A stretch of DNA of 34,068 nucleotides from Octopus bimaculoides (GCF_001194135.2 NC_068982.1:94698858-94732925), one strand, 5' to 3'. Numbered from the stretch's first letter, positions 12,080 through 23,840 are shown. Numbers and translations are program-made. Notes: generated by a model not told the origin, from the letters alone.

Positions 12080-12270
12080 TTACAGTGAACAGGTCGCGGT
12101 CTCAAAGCGACGAAAATATTTTGGCAGATTAAAATTAAATGTTGAAGTGAATCTAACGGTTTTTGTGTGTTTTAAATGGATTAGAAACACCCTCCACGCT
12201 GCAATTGTTTTCGTTCCCGCACGCGATCTCAGATCAGGTCACGTCCTATGCAAGTACTTCTCCGTAATAT
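12080..12270. repeat. Probable interspersed repeat of unknown class
   Basis: The segment cacgctgcaattgttttcgttcccgcacgcgatctcagatcaggtcacgtcctatgcaagtacttctccgta resembles a common octopus repeat as I recall it and is bordered by TA-rich microsatellite. There is no second copy in the window. Confidence 0.3.
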
Positions 12271-12334
12271 ATATATAAGTCATGTGTTCCTGCTATTTGG
12301 ATCATCAACCTATATAACAGTGGAACGTTTCAAT

Positions 12335-12737
12335 ACACTTGTCAGTTGTGGAACGTGTTAATACATGCATACTAGTAGATCCATTAGAACAAAAGAATAA
12401 ACAGGTTTTCGCAAATGCAGATATGAACTGCAAAAGTAGAAATTCGATCTACTTCATTAAATTCCCGAATTGCGAGGAACTATATATTGGCGAGACAGGG
12501 AATGCATTATAGGAACGGTTACGTGTCCACAGAAAACAAATCCGGAACACTTATGTTCGTCAAATTTCATTGTGCGAACATATAGAAACATGCGGTTAGA
12601 AATCGCTTCTAATTTTTCCTTTCCACAAACTACAAGACACAAGTGAGGTTGAAAGAAAGATAAAAGATAAACGGTTTATTAAAATGTTCAAACCTGTTAT
12701 GAACGGAAATAACAACAATAAAGTAACAACCAGTTAA
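12335..12737 (+). pseudogene. Penelope-like element GIY-YIG endonuclease domain (C-terminus of ORF)
   Basis: From 12423 a single frame reads MNCKSRNSIYFIKFPNCEELYIGETGNAL*ERLRVHRKQIRNTYVRQISLCEHIETCG*KSLLIFPFHKLQDTSEVERKIKDKRFIKMFKPVMN. This has the IY...YIGET...R..H motif, two stops and no frameshift. Confidence 0.85.
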
Positions 12738-13241
12738 TGATGTGGACTAAAACATTTCTATAACATGTAAATATAAACAAATTACAGAAGATCCCACCAA
12801 CTGAAATAAAAGTGATCAAAACCAACTTAGTTTGCTTGCTCATAAAACCAATTACATGTAAGCAGCAAGCTTATTAGTTAAAATAAAGGCGGGATCTATG
12901 CCAGTAATATCGGTACGCCCGGCAAATCGTGACGTTTAAGCTGTTTGCGGATTGGTCAAAATCGTATTTCAAACATTCGGGTTGTTAGATCCATCTAAGA
13001 GGTACAAAAAGGAAGAAGACAGTCATTTTACTACAGATGTCAAGAATTGAACTGTCAGTTAAATACAATTTGAAATCTGATGATTTCTTCAAACGTATGA
13101 ATGTGCTAATTGAACTTTATGAGCATTACCAAATATTTTTTAAATTTTTGTCAAACTTCAACATTGTAAAGAATATCATAAAAAACGTGAAAACCAGACC
13201 ATGTTTTAACTCTATTCAACTGATATATATATATGTATATC

Positions 13242-13295
<54 letters not shown>

Positions 13296-14889
13296 GGCAC
13301 TCCGTCGCTTCCATAAACAACCTTGCCCGGACTTGTGCTTTCTAGGTGCAATCCCATGGTCATTCATGACCGAAGGGGAGCCTTAAATATGTATATCAGC
13401 AGTTGGGCGCAATAAAATACCATAAAGTTAAAATTTTATCGTCACGAATTGTGACTGAGAGTGCCGAAGCACCGATATGGTTAGAGTTTAAACACTTAAT
13501 GTTGTATGAAGTGCAATATATATACATATATATATATATATATACCGAAAAGGGAGATGACTGCCCCATAAGCGACTATAGAATCACTTGAATGGACTGG
13601 TTTTGCCTTGAATTATGAGATTTTAACTCTTATTTCTTGCAAGACAGGTGCTTCGTCACCTTCAGTCACAATTGGTGGCGATAAACCTTTTCTTTCATGG
13701 TATTATATTACATTATATTATATTATATTATTTCTTAATATACACATTGGCATTTCGCTAAATCAGCTACAANNNNNNNNNNNNNNNNNNNNNNNNNNNN
13801 NNNNNNNNNNNNNNNNNNNNNNNNNNNNNNNNNNNNNNNNNNNNNNNNNNNNNNNNNNNNNNNNNNNNNNNNNNNNNNNNNNNNNNNNNNNNNNNNNNNN
13901 NNNNNNNNNNNNNNNNNNNNNNNNNNNNNNNNNNNNNNNNNNNNNNNNNNNNNNNNNNNNNNNNNNNNNNNNNNNNNNNNNNNNNNNNNNNNNNNNNNNN
14001 NNNNNNNNNNNNNNNNNNNNNNNNNNNNNNNNNNNNNNNNNNNNNNNNNNNNNNNNNNNNNNNNNNNNNNNNNNNNNNNNNNNNNNNNNNNNNNNNNNNN
14101 NNNNNNNNNNNNNNNNNNNNNNNNNNNNNNNNNNNNNNNNNNNNNNNNNNNNNNNNNNNNNNNNNNNNNNNNNNNNNNNNNNNNNNNNNNNNNNNNNNNN
14201 NNNNNNNNNNNNNNNNNNNNNNNNNNNNNNNNNNNNNNNNNNNNNNNNNNNNNNNNNNNNNNNNNNNNNNNNNNNNNNNNNNNNNNNNNNNNNNNNNNNN
14301 NNNNNNNNNNNNNNNNNNNNNNNNNNNNNNNNNNNNNNNNNNNNNNNNNNNNNNNNNNNNNNNNNNNNNNNNNNNNNNNNNNNNNNNNNNNNNNNNNNNN
14401 NNNNNNNNNNNNNNNNNNNNNNNNNNNNNNNNNNNNNNNNNNNNNNNNNNNNNNNNNNNNNNNNNNNNNNNNNNNNNNNNNNNNNNNNNNNNNNNNNNNN
14501 NNNNNNNNNNNATATATACACACTGACAGACCGATTTAGTCAAATCAGCGACTAATTGAGTAGTCACTGGTGATAAGCCTATGGCTGACAGGCAAAACAA
14601 GTCTAGTCCAATGGCCCTAGAGTCGCTCATCAGGTGGTTATCTCCCCTGTCGGTGTATATCTATTGGTGTTTCAGCACCTTTATTCAAAATTAGTGTCGA
14701 TAAACCTATATCAGCATGGCCGCAGCTCTAAGCTGAAACTATATATAAGATATATATATATATATATATAACATAATTGAAGGATAATACAAGTAGAAAT
14801 TAATATTATCTAATTATATTATTAAATAATATCTATTTCAACCAGTGGTCAGCATACTTAAAAAATATAGTGGCCTCTCCTATTGCTTA

Positions 14890-15583
14890 TAATTAAAGGA
14901 TGAAATCATTAAAATTAATGAATTTATCAATGGCAGCATTTAGAAAATAACTTTTTAGGTAAAATTCATATATAGAGATATATAATTGTGTAGACTAGAA
15001 TTGTAATTAAGGGCACAGAAACTACCATGCCCATATGCTAAGGTAGACGCCAAATACAATCGGCCACTATAAGATTTCACTTCAATATATACACAGGTTG
15101 AATGCGGGAAAATTGGACTAAACAAAAATTCATGAAATAATTCAGATAGTTCTGGATTGATCAATCTCTAGATTAGTTTAATAACGCTTTCTTAATTAGC
15201 AGAACATACTGGGGGAAATAAATGAAAAAAATTATACATACCCACAGAAAAGCACGCGTAAAATGCGAGTACACATAAATATGCACAAAGGTGTACACAC
15301 CGTGTGTATTTGATCAGAATAATACAGAATTAAATAAACTGTTCCGAAGTGAATGAGATACATCATAACATAATTAGAGGATAACATCATTAAAATTAAT
15401 GAATTTTATCAATGGCTAGTATATAAAAAATAACCTGTTAGGTAAAATTCATATATCGCGATATATAATTGTGTGCAATACAATCATAATTAAGGGCACA
15501 GAAGATACTATTCCTAATGCTCGAAGTAGACGCCATATACGTCCAGCCACTATAAGGTTTCGCTTCAATATACACACAGGTTG
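14890..15583. repeat. Diverged direct repeat of about 210 bp (14890-15100 and 15371-15583)
   Basis: Shared blocks include atcattaaaattaatgaattt, taggtaaaattcatatat, taattaagggcacagaa, gtagacgcca, ccactataag and ttcaatata.acacaggttg. Confidence 0.9.
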
Positions 15584-16011
15584 TTAAGTAATATCTAGAT
15601 GCAATCATTATTATAATCTGTAAGATATCATTATTATTATTCCTTTATATTTCTTGTTTAGGGCACTAGTACTCTGTACAAGCTATTCTTTTTGTGTAAG
15701 ATTGAATGAGATTTGTAGTGCAATCTTTGCTCTTTCAGAATACTGATATCATTTTCCATAGAATATAGAAAGATATTAAGAATGAAAATTTTCGAAACGT
15801 ATTACGTGGCAGATTTATCAGAGATATATTTTATATCCTACTTTCAATCAGCATTCATGTTTCGAAACATAGTTTTGATTACATGGCCTGTTCTTTTATC
15901 TATATTCTGTGTATCAGAATTGATATTGCTTGTTCAGTATGTCTTATGAATAAGTATATATATTTTTTCGTTGATATTTTATCGAGGTATAAACATACGC
16001 ATGCACACACG

Positions 16012-16065
<54 letters not shown>

Positions 16066-16699
16066 CATGCATACATACATACATACATGCATACATACAT
16101 GCATACACACACACACACACACATATANNNNNNNNNNNNNNNNNNNNNNNNNNNNNNNNNNNNNNNNNNNNNNNNNNNNNNNNNNNNNNNNNNNNNNNNN
16201 NNNNNNNNNNNNNNNNNNNNNNNNNNNNNNNNNNNNNNNNNNNNNNNNNNNNNNNNNNNNNNNNNNNNNNNNNNNNNNNNNNNNNNNNNNNNNNNNNNNN
16301 NNNNNNNNNNNNNTATATATATATTTATATATATATACATACATATATATCTATATATCTATATATATGTATGTGTGTGGGTGTGTGGGTGTGTCTGTGT
16401 GTGTGTATGTGTGTGTGTGTGTGTATGCATGTATTATTTGAGACAACGAACACGGAAACAACCTTAACCAACCAACAGGCAGAAAGATAAGTTAAATGAA
16501 CATAAAAGTGTTAATGTAAAATTACGTCAGTCAATCCCTTGATAAATCTACACTAAGTCCTAAATGCGATAGGCATAATGTTAGTAACCGACGAACGTAG
16601 AATTGTAACAATAGTAATATGAAAGATTCCCATAATCGTCCAAATAAGATTATTTTTAATGCGAGTCAACCAATATACGACGATAATATAAGGAGGAAG

Positions 16700-16925
16700 A
16701 ATTGGAATCTGTATTAACGATAAGAAACGGAAGGAGATCAAAACAAATGGTCGGTACAATGCGCCATCAGGGGCCCATATTGCCATATGTGTCCCGAGAA
16801 AATTTCTTCACGACCTTAGAGATACATTTCCAACTATCAAGCCGATACGGGGAATTATTTGATAAACACTCCATTCAGTGTGCCTATTCGACAAGGAAAC
16901 TGACTCAAGTCGTAGCCTTTCACAA
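16700..16925 (+). pseudogene. Degenerate Penelope-like ORF fragment (region between RT and GIY-YIG)
   Basis: Reads RYNAP, then after a frameshift ENFFTTLEIHFQLSSRYGELFDKHSIQCAYSTRKLTQVVAFHN. This resembles the PLE segment WFNPP...KFLxLIDKHFPxxHKLHKIFNRNTVKVSYSCMPNMxxIISSHN. Confidence 0.5.
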
Positions 16926-17636
16926 CACCCGATGACTTATAGAGTTCATGCTCAATGATCCTGCTGTAACAAAAGAACAAGAACTACTAGAAAAACAAGA
17001 ACAAATGAACAAATTGAAATGCAAAAGAACGAAATAATAAATGGATCTATAAATGAAAGTTTGGTAATTGCGTCTATTTCCATCACGCGACACTTATTGC
17101 AAATATGTTTTAACTAACCTAAACTATACACACACANNNNNNNNNNNNNNNNNNNNNNNNNNNNNNNNNNNNNNNNNNNNNNNNNNNNNNNNNNNNNNNN
17201 NNNNNNNNNNNNNNNNNNNNNNNNNNNNNNNNNNNNNNNNNNNNNNNNNNNNNNNNNNNNNNNNNNNNNNNNNNNNNNNNNNNNNNNNNNNNNNNNNNNN
17301 NNNNNNNNNNNNNNNNNNNNNNNNNNNNNNNNNNNNNNNNNNNNNNNNNNNNNNNNNNNNNNNNNNNNNNNNNNNNNNNNNNNNNNNNNNNNNNNNNNNN
17401 NNNNNNNNNNNNNNNNNNNNNNNNNNNNNNNNNNNNNNNNNNNNNNNNNNNNNNNNNNNNNNNNNNNNNNNNNNNNNNNNNNNNNNNNNNNNNNNNNNNN
17501 NNNNNNNNNNNNNNNNNNNNNNNNNNNNNNNNNNNNNNNNNNNNNNNNNNNNNNNNNNNNNNNNNNNNNNNNNNNNNNNNNNNNNNNNNNNNNNNNNNNN
17601 NNNNNNNNNNNNNNNNNNNNNNNNNNNNNNNNNNNN

Positions 17637-17672
<36 letters not shown>

Positions 17673-17674
<2 letters not shown>

Positions 17675-18054
17675 GGAAAAAATGCTTTCTAATTGATGTA
17701 TCAATACCAGCAGATGACAACGTTTCCCTAAAAGAAATGGAGAAACTTTCAAAATACAAAGACCTGGAAATAGAGATAACTCGAATGTGGAATCTAAAAT
17801 CAGAAACGATTCCTATCATAGTAGGTGCCTTAGGTATAAAAAAAAATATTCAGACAAATACATAACAAAAATACCAGGACTTACAAATATATATAACATA
17901 CAGAAAATAGCACTACTGGGCACTGCACACATCCTACGCAAAACACTTTCAATACAGTAACCATAAGAACACCACAGCAAACCACAACACATACCCAAGG
18001 CACACAGAGCTGCGCTCGGAAGTGCAGTGAAAGCACGTTATAAGAATAAAACTA

Positions 18055-18057
<3 letters not shown>
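17673..18057 (+). mobile_element. 5'-truncated Dong/R4-clade non-LTR retrotransposon (RLE domain plus 3' UTR) inserted in (AAT)n
   Basis: Encodes [54 protein letters not shown], then after one frameshift in an A-run [39 protein letters not shown] (stop at 17958-17960). A 3' UTR of about 100 bp follows. (AAT)n lies on both sides (17637-17672 and 18058 onward). Confidence 0.88.
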
Positions 18058-18131
<74 letters not shown>

Positions 18132-18215
18132 TAATAATAATAATAATAATAATGATAATAATAATAATAATAATGAGAACAAGAAGAATAAAAATAACAA
18201 TAATGATAATGATGT
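18058..18215. repeat. (AAT)n microsatellite with GAT interruptions
   Basis: Seen directly in the sequence. Confidence 0.95.
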
Positions 18216-18261
18216 TAAGAGTTGTGATGACTATATATGTATACATATAATTATGTTTTTT

Positions 18262-18542
18262 ATCTTTTATTCGTTACATTCATTGAAATGTGGCCATACT
18301 GGGGCACCGATTTGAAGGGAAATTATCGTAAGAATCTATCACAGTACATCTTTTTCTTTATAGATTTAGTAATTATTCCATCAGGTAAATTTCTGGAATG
18401 TACACAAACCAGCATCAGATATCAAGCGTGGGTGAGGGAGATGAATACACACACGCGCGCACACATACACACACATATACACGCACATACATATACACAC
18501 ACATATATACATATACGTATATACTTACACACACACACGCAC

Positions 18543-18573
<31 letters not shown>

Positions 18574-18750
18574 TATATGACGAGCTTCAATACAGTTTTT
18601 GTGTAGCAAATTCACTCACAAGACATTGGTGGACCCTGGCTTATAGGCTATAATAGAAGACACTTGGTCAAGGTGACAGGCAGTGGGACAGAACCAGAAA
18701 CCACGTACTTGTAAAGCGAGTTTCTTAACCACATAGGGAATCCAGCGCCT
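18262..18750 (-). mobile_element. Degenerate near full-length SINE, family 2, with an expanded internal (CA/TA)n microsatellite
   Basis: 18577-18750 aligns with 6774-6938. 18262-18440 (ggccatactggggcaccg...aaaccagcatcagatatcaagcg) aligns with 33412-33530. Confidence 0.7.
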
Positions 18751-18855
18751 GTGACTTATTCACCCAAACATTTTAGGGTATATATATANNNNNNNNNNNN
18801 NNNNNNNNNNNNNNNNNNNNNNNNNNNNNNNNNNNNNNNNNNNNNNNNNNNNNNN

Positions 18856-18889
<34 letters not shown>

Positions 18890-19499
18890 GCCTATACATG
18901 ATGCCACCAATAAAAAAGTCAAAGGGATAGGGAGAGGGATAGATAGATAGATAGAGACAGACAGGCAGAATGAGAAAGAGAGAAAGAGAGAGGGATAAAG
19001 AAAGGAGAGAAACGAATGTGCATGTCTGTAAACAAGCTCTCCGATGCAATCTGAAACCTCATATTTATCGTATTGTGCATATAACCTCTCATAATGTCTT
19101 TAATTTCATTTGTAATTATTGATATTCTTGTGGTTCATTATCGTAATTAACATGAAACCAAAGCGTGATGTGTCGTTATGTTAGACTACAATACAATAGC
19201 GTATCTTATGGAACAAGATACTTCGAACTGAACTCAAAATTATCTGCGAAGTAGATGAGATATCTATCAAGGTAGAAGTGTGAGTTTATAGCAGTAAATC
19301 ATTTATAATCTAATTCGACAGACTCCGCTGGCAGGTGATCTTTAGGTGTAATCGACCGGAATATGATGAATACGATGTGCGCCAACTGTCGGTGGAACTA
19401 TTGTTTAACGCATATAATGTCCTGTATGCATTTATATGTTAATATATAAAATTAAATGTTAACATATATATATGATATATTAATATACGTACATATATG

Positions 19500-19663
19500 C
19501 ATTGATACATGTCTGTGTATAAGTATATATGTGTGCGAGTACATATAAATAGATATATATGCATGTATATGTACATTCACATATTTTGGTATTTATGTGT
19601 GCGCATGTATAGTGTGTGTGTGTTTTGGGTGTGTGTGTGTGTGTGTGTGCGTGCGTGCGCGCG

Positions 19664-19720
<57 letters not shown>
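19500..19720. repeat. (TG)n/(TA)n low-complexity microsatellite region
   Basis: Seen directly in the sequence. Confidence 0.9.
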
Positions 19721-20133
19721 AAATCCAAATTGAGGAAATAGAGCAGGTAAAATCCAGATTACATCTATTTCCTAGATAGCAGAAACTTGGAAGTAATAAT
19801 TTCTCAGCTAGTAATAATTACTGGCTATTCATCAGGCCGAAGATACCATGATTAAATGAAGGTTACAGTGCTGTTAAGGAATCTTTAGTTAACTTACAGG
19901 AGTTTTGATGTAAAATGAGTGTGAAAGCCGGAAGAACAGGGTAAAAAAAAAATAGGAAAACATATGTATGAAGAAATAAAACATAGGAGTGAGCAATTGT
20001 CTTAAGTTGTTAAGAATAAAGAAAAGGAGAGGGGGAATTTTGGTTAGAGTGAAGCTGACTAGGGGAATTTCGTTGTGAATATTAAGCTGGGGTTATTTAC
20101 TATATCAACGGTGAATAAATAATTATACATTTC

Positions 20134-20166
20134 TTGTCTCACCCAATTTTATACTGGGTGAGACAA
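20134..20166. repeat. Perfect 12-bp inverted repeat with a 9-nt loop
   Basis: ttgtctcaccca-attttatac-tgggtgagacaa. Confidence 0.9.
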
Positions 20167-20826
20167 TTATATATATTATTTCAGCCAAGTATTTAATTTT
20201 AAACAGAGTCAAAGAAATATATGTATCCTGGATTTTATCCTCCTCATTCTCTCAAATTAGAGTTTTATTCGCATTCATAGCAACCCCAGATACTAGGCGC
20301 AAACAATAAATTGTTTTCAGCTTATCGAACTTCGATAGGGAAAAACCTACAACTTTCTACTCCAATAAACTGTCATTGTCTCTACGGACTGTTCGAAGCT
20401 TACTAACTTTCTACACCAAGATAGTTGGATCTTACAATTGCATATAATTATATATATATATATATATNNNNNNNNNNNNNNNNNNNNNNNNNNNNNNNNN
20501 NNNNNNNNNNNNNNNNNNNNNNNNNNNNNNNNNNNNNNNNNNNNNNNNNNNNNNNNNNNNNNNNNNNNNNNNNNNNNNNNNNNNNNNNNNNNNNNNNNNN
20601 NNNNNNNNNNNNNNNNNNNNNNNNNNNNNNNNNNNNNNNNNNNNNNNNNNNNNNNNNNNNNNNNNNNNNNNNNNNNNNNNNNNNNNNNNNNNNNNNNNNN
20701 NNNNNNNNNNNNNNNNNNNNNNNNNNNNNNNNNNNNNNNNNNNNNNNNNNNGTTTTGTCCGCAAATTTCAAAAATATAATCGGTTTCCTTCTATCAGGCA
20801 CAGTTTTTCTGATGAGATAAGAGAGG

Positions 20827-20971
20827 TATATAACTCCCATCAGCAGTATCGCTACATGTAAACGTCTTATACAGGTAAATTCTGACTTCTGTTTTATAAC
20901 TATTTGTATTAATTTTGTAATTTTATGCTTTCATAACCTTTTCTTTTCATAAATTTTAATTTCTGTTTAAG
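20827..20971 (+). promoter_or_regulatory. Putative transposase promoter TATA box (20827-20833) and 97-bp 5' UTR intron (20875-20971)
   Basis: The motif tatataa is followed by donor cag|gtaaat, an AT-rich interior, and acceptor ttttaatttctgtttaag|. The transposase ATG is 40 bp downstream at 21011. Confidence 0.4.
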
Positions 20972-21010
20972 GTGCTAAGTCGTCATCATCATCATCAAAT
21001 TCTACTCAGG

Positions 21011-22690
21011 ATGTCAAGGCATTGCAAGAACAGTCCTGATATGTCTGTGGTTCATTTAACCATTAAAGCTCAGCAACATGCCATCACAACTGAAATCAAG
21101 ATCTGCCAGTTATACTTTGGCTGCTCTCTCGGGGATCAAGATAAGATTTGGGCCCTGTACATCATCTGCTCAGCTTGTTCAAGTGGGCTAAGGGATTGGC
21201 TAAATAATAGGAAGAGAGCAATGCCGTTTGCAATACCTATGATATGGATAGAGCCAAAGGATCATTTCATGGGCTGTTATTTCTGCAGCATTAATGTATT
21301 TGGGTTTACTGTAAAGACCAAGCATAAGATTGTGTATCTCAACTTGGGATCAGCAAGAAGACCAGTACCACGCAACGATGATGATCTCCCTATTCCAATA
21401 CCACCAGAAAATGGCCTTCAGATGTCTGACGAAGATGTATTTCCTGAGGAAAATACTATTGCTGTGGAAGACACCGAAGTGGATGCAGATTTCACGATTG
21501 AAAATGAAGACGTACCACAATTTTTTTCAAGGAGAGTTAAATGATTTAGTTAGAGACTTTTCATTATCGAATAATAAAGCTGAACTATTAGCATCTCGCC
21601 TACAACAAAAGTGTCTGCTTAAGAAAGATGTTTGTATTACTCATTTCAGGAAGAGAAATAGGGATCTGACTTCATGCCTCTCTGTTGAAGGACCACTTTG
21701 TTTCAGTAAATAACACTGATGAGTTAATTCGCTGTTTGTTCCAAGAGCATGTTCCGGGTGAATGGCGCATATTCATTGAGTCATCTAAGAGAAGCCTCAA
21801 GGCAGTACTACTACACAACAGCAATAAGAAACCACTCATTCCCATAGGACATTCAGTGCACATGAAGTAGTGTTATGAAAACATGCAAGTACTCCTCAAT
21901 GCCATAAAGTATACAAACTACGGCTGGAAAATATGTGGAGACTTGAAGGTGATTGGAATGTTAATGGGAATCCAATCTGGGTTCACGAAATATTGTTGCT
22001 TTTTATGCCTATGTGACAGTCGTGCAACTAACAAGCACTATGTGCAATCAGAGTGGCCTTTTCGACAATCATATGAGCCGAGAGTTTCTAGCGTGCAGAG
22101 TAAGCCACTTTTAAAGCCAGAAAATGTTCTTCTTCCCCCTCTTCACATAAAGCTTGGCCTCTTGAAACAATTCGTGAAGACACTTGCCAGGAAAAGCTCA
22201 AATGGGTTTGAATATGTGAAGGCCAAATTTCCAAAAATCCCCGAGGCAAAACTGAAGGAGGGCGTATTCATAGGTCCGTAGATAAAAGAACTCCTGAAGG
22301 ACAACTACTTCCTCAAAGCACTGGATGAGATTGAGCTTCAAGCCTGGAAATCCTTCAAATAGCTCTGTGAAAATTTCCTAGACAACAAAAGCTCATTAAG
22401 GTTTAGAAATGGAGTGAAATATCTTCTAGACTCCTACGCTGCAATGGGTTGTCGGATGTCACTAAATGTCCATTTCCTTGATTCACATCTGGACTAATTT
22501 ACAAAGAACCTTGGAGCAGTGTCGGATGAGTAAGGGGAACGCTCTCATCTGAATATTGCATCGATGGAACAACAATATCAAGGATTTTGGAATGCAGGAA
22601 TGATAGTTGGCTACTGTTGTATGTTATACAGGGATGTTATACAGAGACAGAACACCATAGAAAGTCCAAATCCCAAAGAGTTTAAGTTGT
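21011..22690 (+). pseudogene. Chapaev3-type transposase, disrupted by several stops and frameshifts
   Basis: Motifs in order: MSRHCKNSPD, YFGCSLGDQDKIWA..ICSAC, FAIPMIWIEPKDH..CYFC, SARRPVP, KAELLASRLQQ, FIESSKRSLKAVLLHN, WKICGDLKVI, GFTKYCCFLCLCDSR, LLPPLHIKLGLLKQFVK, KLKEGVFIGP, MGCRMSLNVHFLDSHLD, LGAVSDE*GER, QYQGFWNAGM. Confidence 0.88.
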
Positions 22691-23179
22691 TATGCCTTTG
22701 AGTGTAGTCTTACTTATTTGCACACAATAATTTTAATTTTGTACAATAAAAAGCCGTGGAATTATCGTATCTTGTATTCAATATACTTTATAGAGACATG
22801 CCTTACGTATCTTATAAGTGAAAACAGCAGGTATCATTATCATGTAAATGAGACCTGATAGAGGAAATCGGACTTCGCATTCGTAATCAGCATCAAAAAT
22901 TAACCCAGAAAAGTCAATCAGTTTCATTTTTCTGACCAGTGTAATTACTAAATTTTGTGCTTTAATTAAAATATATTATATGCATAGAATGATTTAATCA
23001 TATCAATAATGTTACAAACAAACTATGAAGCCTCTATTCTTCTTTATTCTCGGCTCGCGATTTACGAGATGACACGAATAATATAGCAGTTCCTTTCAGT
23101 ATTTGTAGAGAAGGGACTGTGAATGGGCCTTACCGAAAAACACAGCTGATTCTGCGAAAAAAAGCGTAAGAAAGACAGC

Positions 23180-23300
23180 AATGGAGGCCTTGAATTGAAA
23201 TTTATCGACATAGTAAGGTTGATTTCGGCGAAATTTGAACAAAGGTCGCAGAGAGCCGGAGTAAATCCTGGATTTGTAGACTCACTCAATTCGCCACCTT
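23180..23300 (-). mobile_element. Old remnant of SINE family 1 (5' head)
   Basis: The segment gatttcggcgaaatttgaac...caattcgccacctt parallels cctcggtggaatatgaactc...gaatcgccacct at 4990-5080. Confidence 0.55.
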
Positions 23301-23813
23301 AAAATGTTGGCATAATGAAATTTCTATTAAATATCTTATTCATGAAAGTTTCACTTTTAAATGCGACTTGTGGTATTTTCTAATTACTATCTTGGAAAAT
23401 GTTCATTTCTGAAATTGAAAATTAAAATTTCATTTGTTACATAAAATATGTACCAGTTTCTTGGTATAATCATAATTCTCATAATAATAATTTCAGTAAA
23501 AATATTATGCTGAGGAATCTGTAGCAGTAAATATTACACAGCGATCGTTAAAATAAATGGTAGTGTTACAGTAAAATCAATTATAAATCAACTGGTGGAC
23601 TACTAAATAGTCACTAAAACCGCAAGAAATAGCAGAAAAAAGTCATCTCCAATACGATATAGAATAATTCTATTGTAATATTAAATGCAATACATATATA
23701 CATACATATACAAAAGAACACAAAGGGGGTTTAAAATTTACTACAGCTGTCTCGGTCGAATTTTATAGATGTATTCATAGATTACACCATAACATATATT
23801 ACTCCATCTCCAG

Positions 23814-23840
23814 GTGAAATTTTAAACAGGTATCAAAAAG
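23814..23840 (+). CDS. Candidate 27-bp symmetric phase-1 microexon, EILNRYQK
   Basis: Acceptor attactccatctccag and a near-consensus donor aag|gtgagt. The length is a multiple of 3. Confidence 0.25.

Larger units (their letters stand above)
20752..22941 (+). mobile_element. Near full-length Chapaev3-type (CMC superfamily) DNA transposon; left terminus hidden in the gap 20468-20751
   Basis: The right terminus is ...gtttcatttttctgaccagtg followed by taa, giving a 5'-CAC...GTG-3' end with a TWA-type flank. A Chapaev3-like transposase lies inside. Confidence 0.8.
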
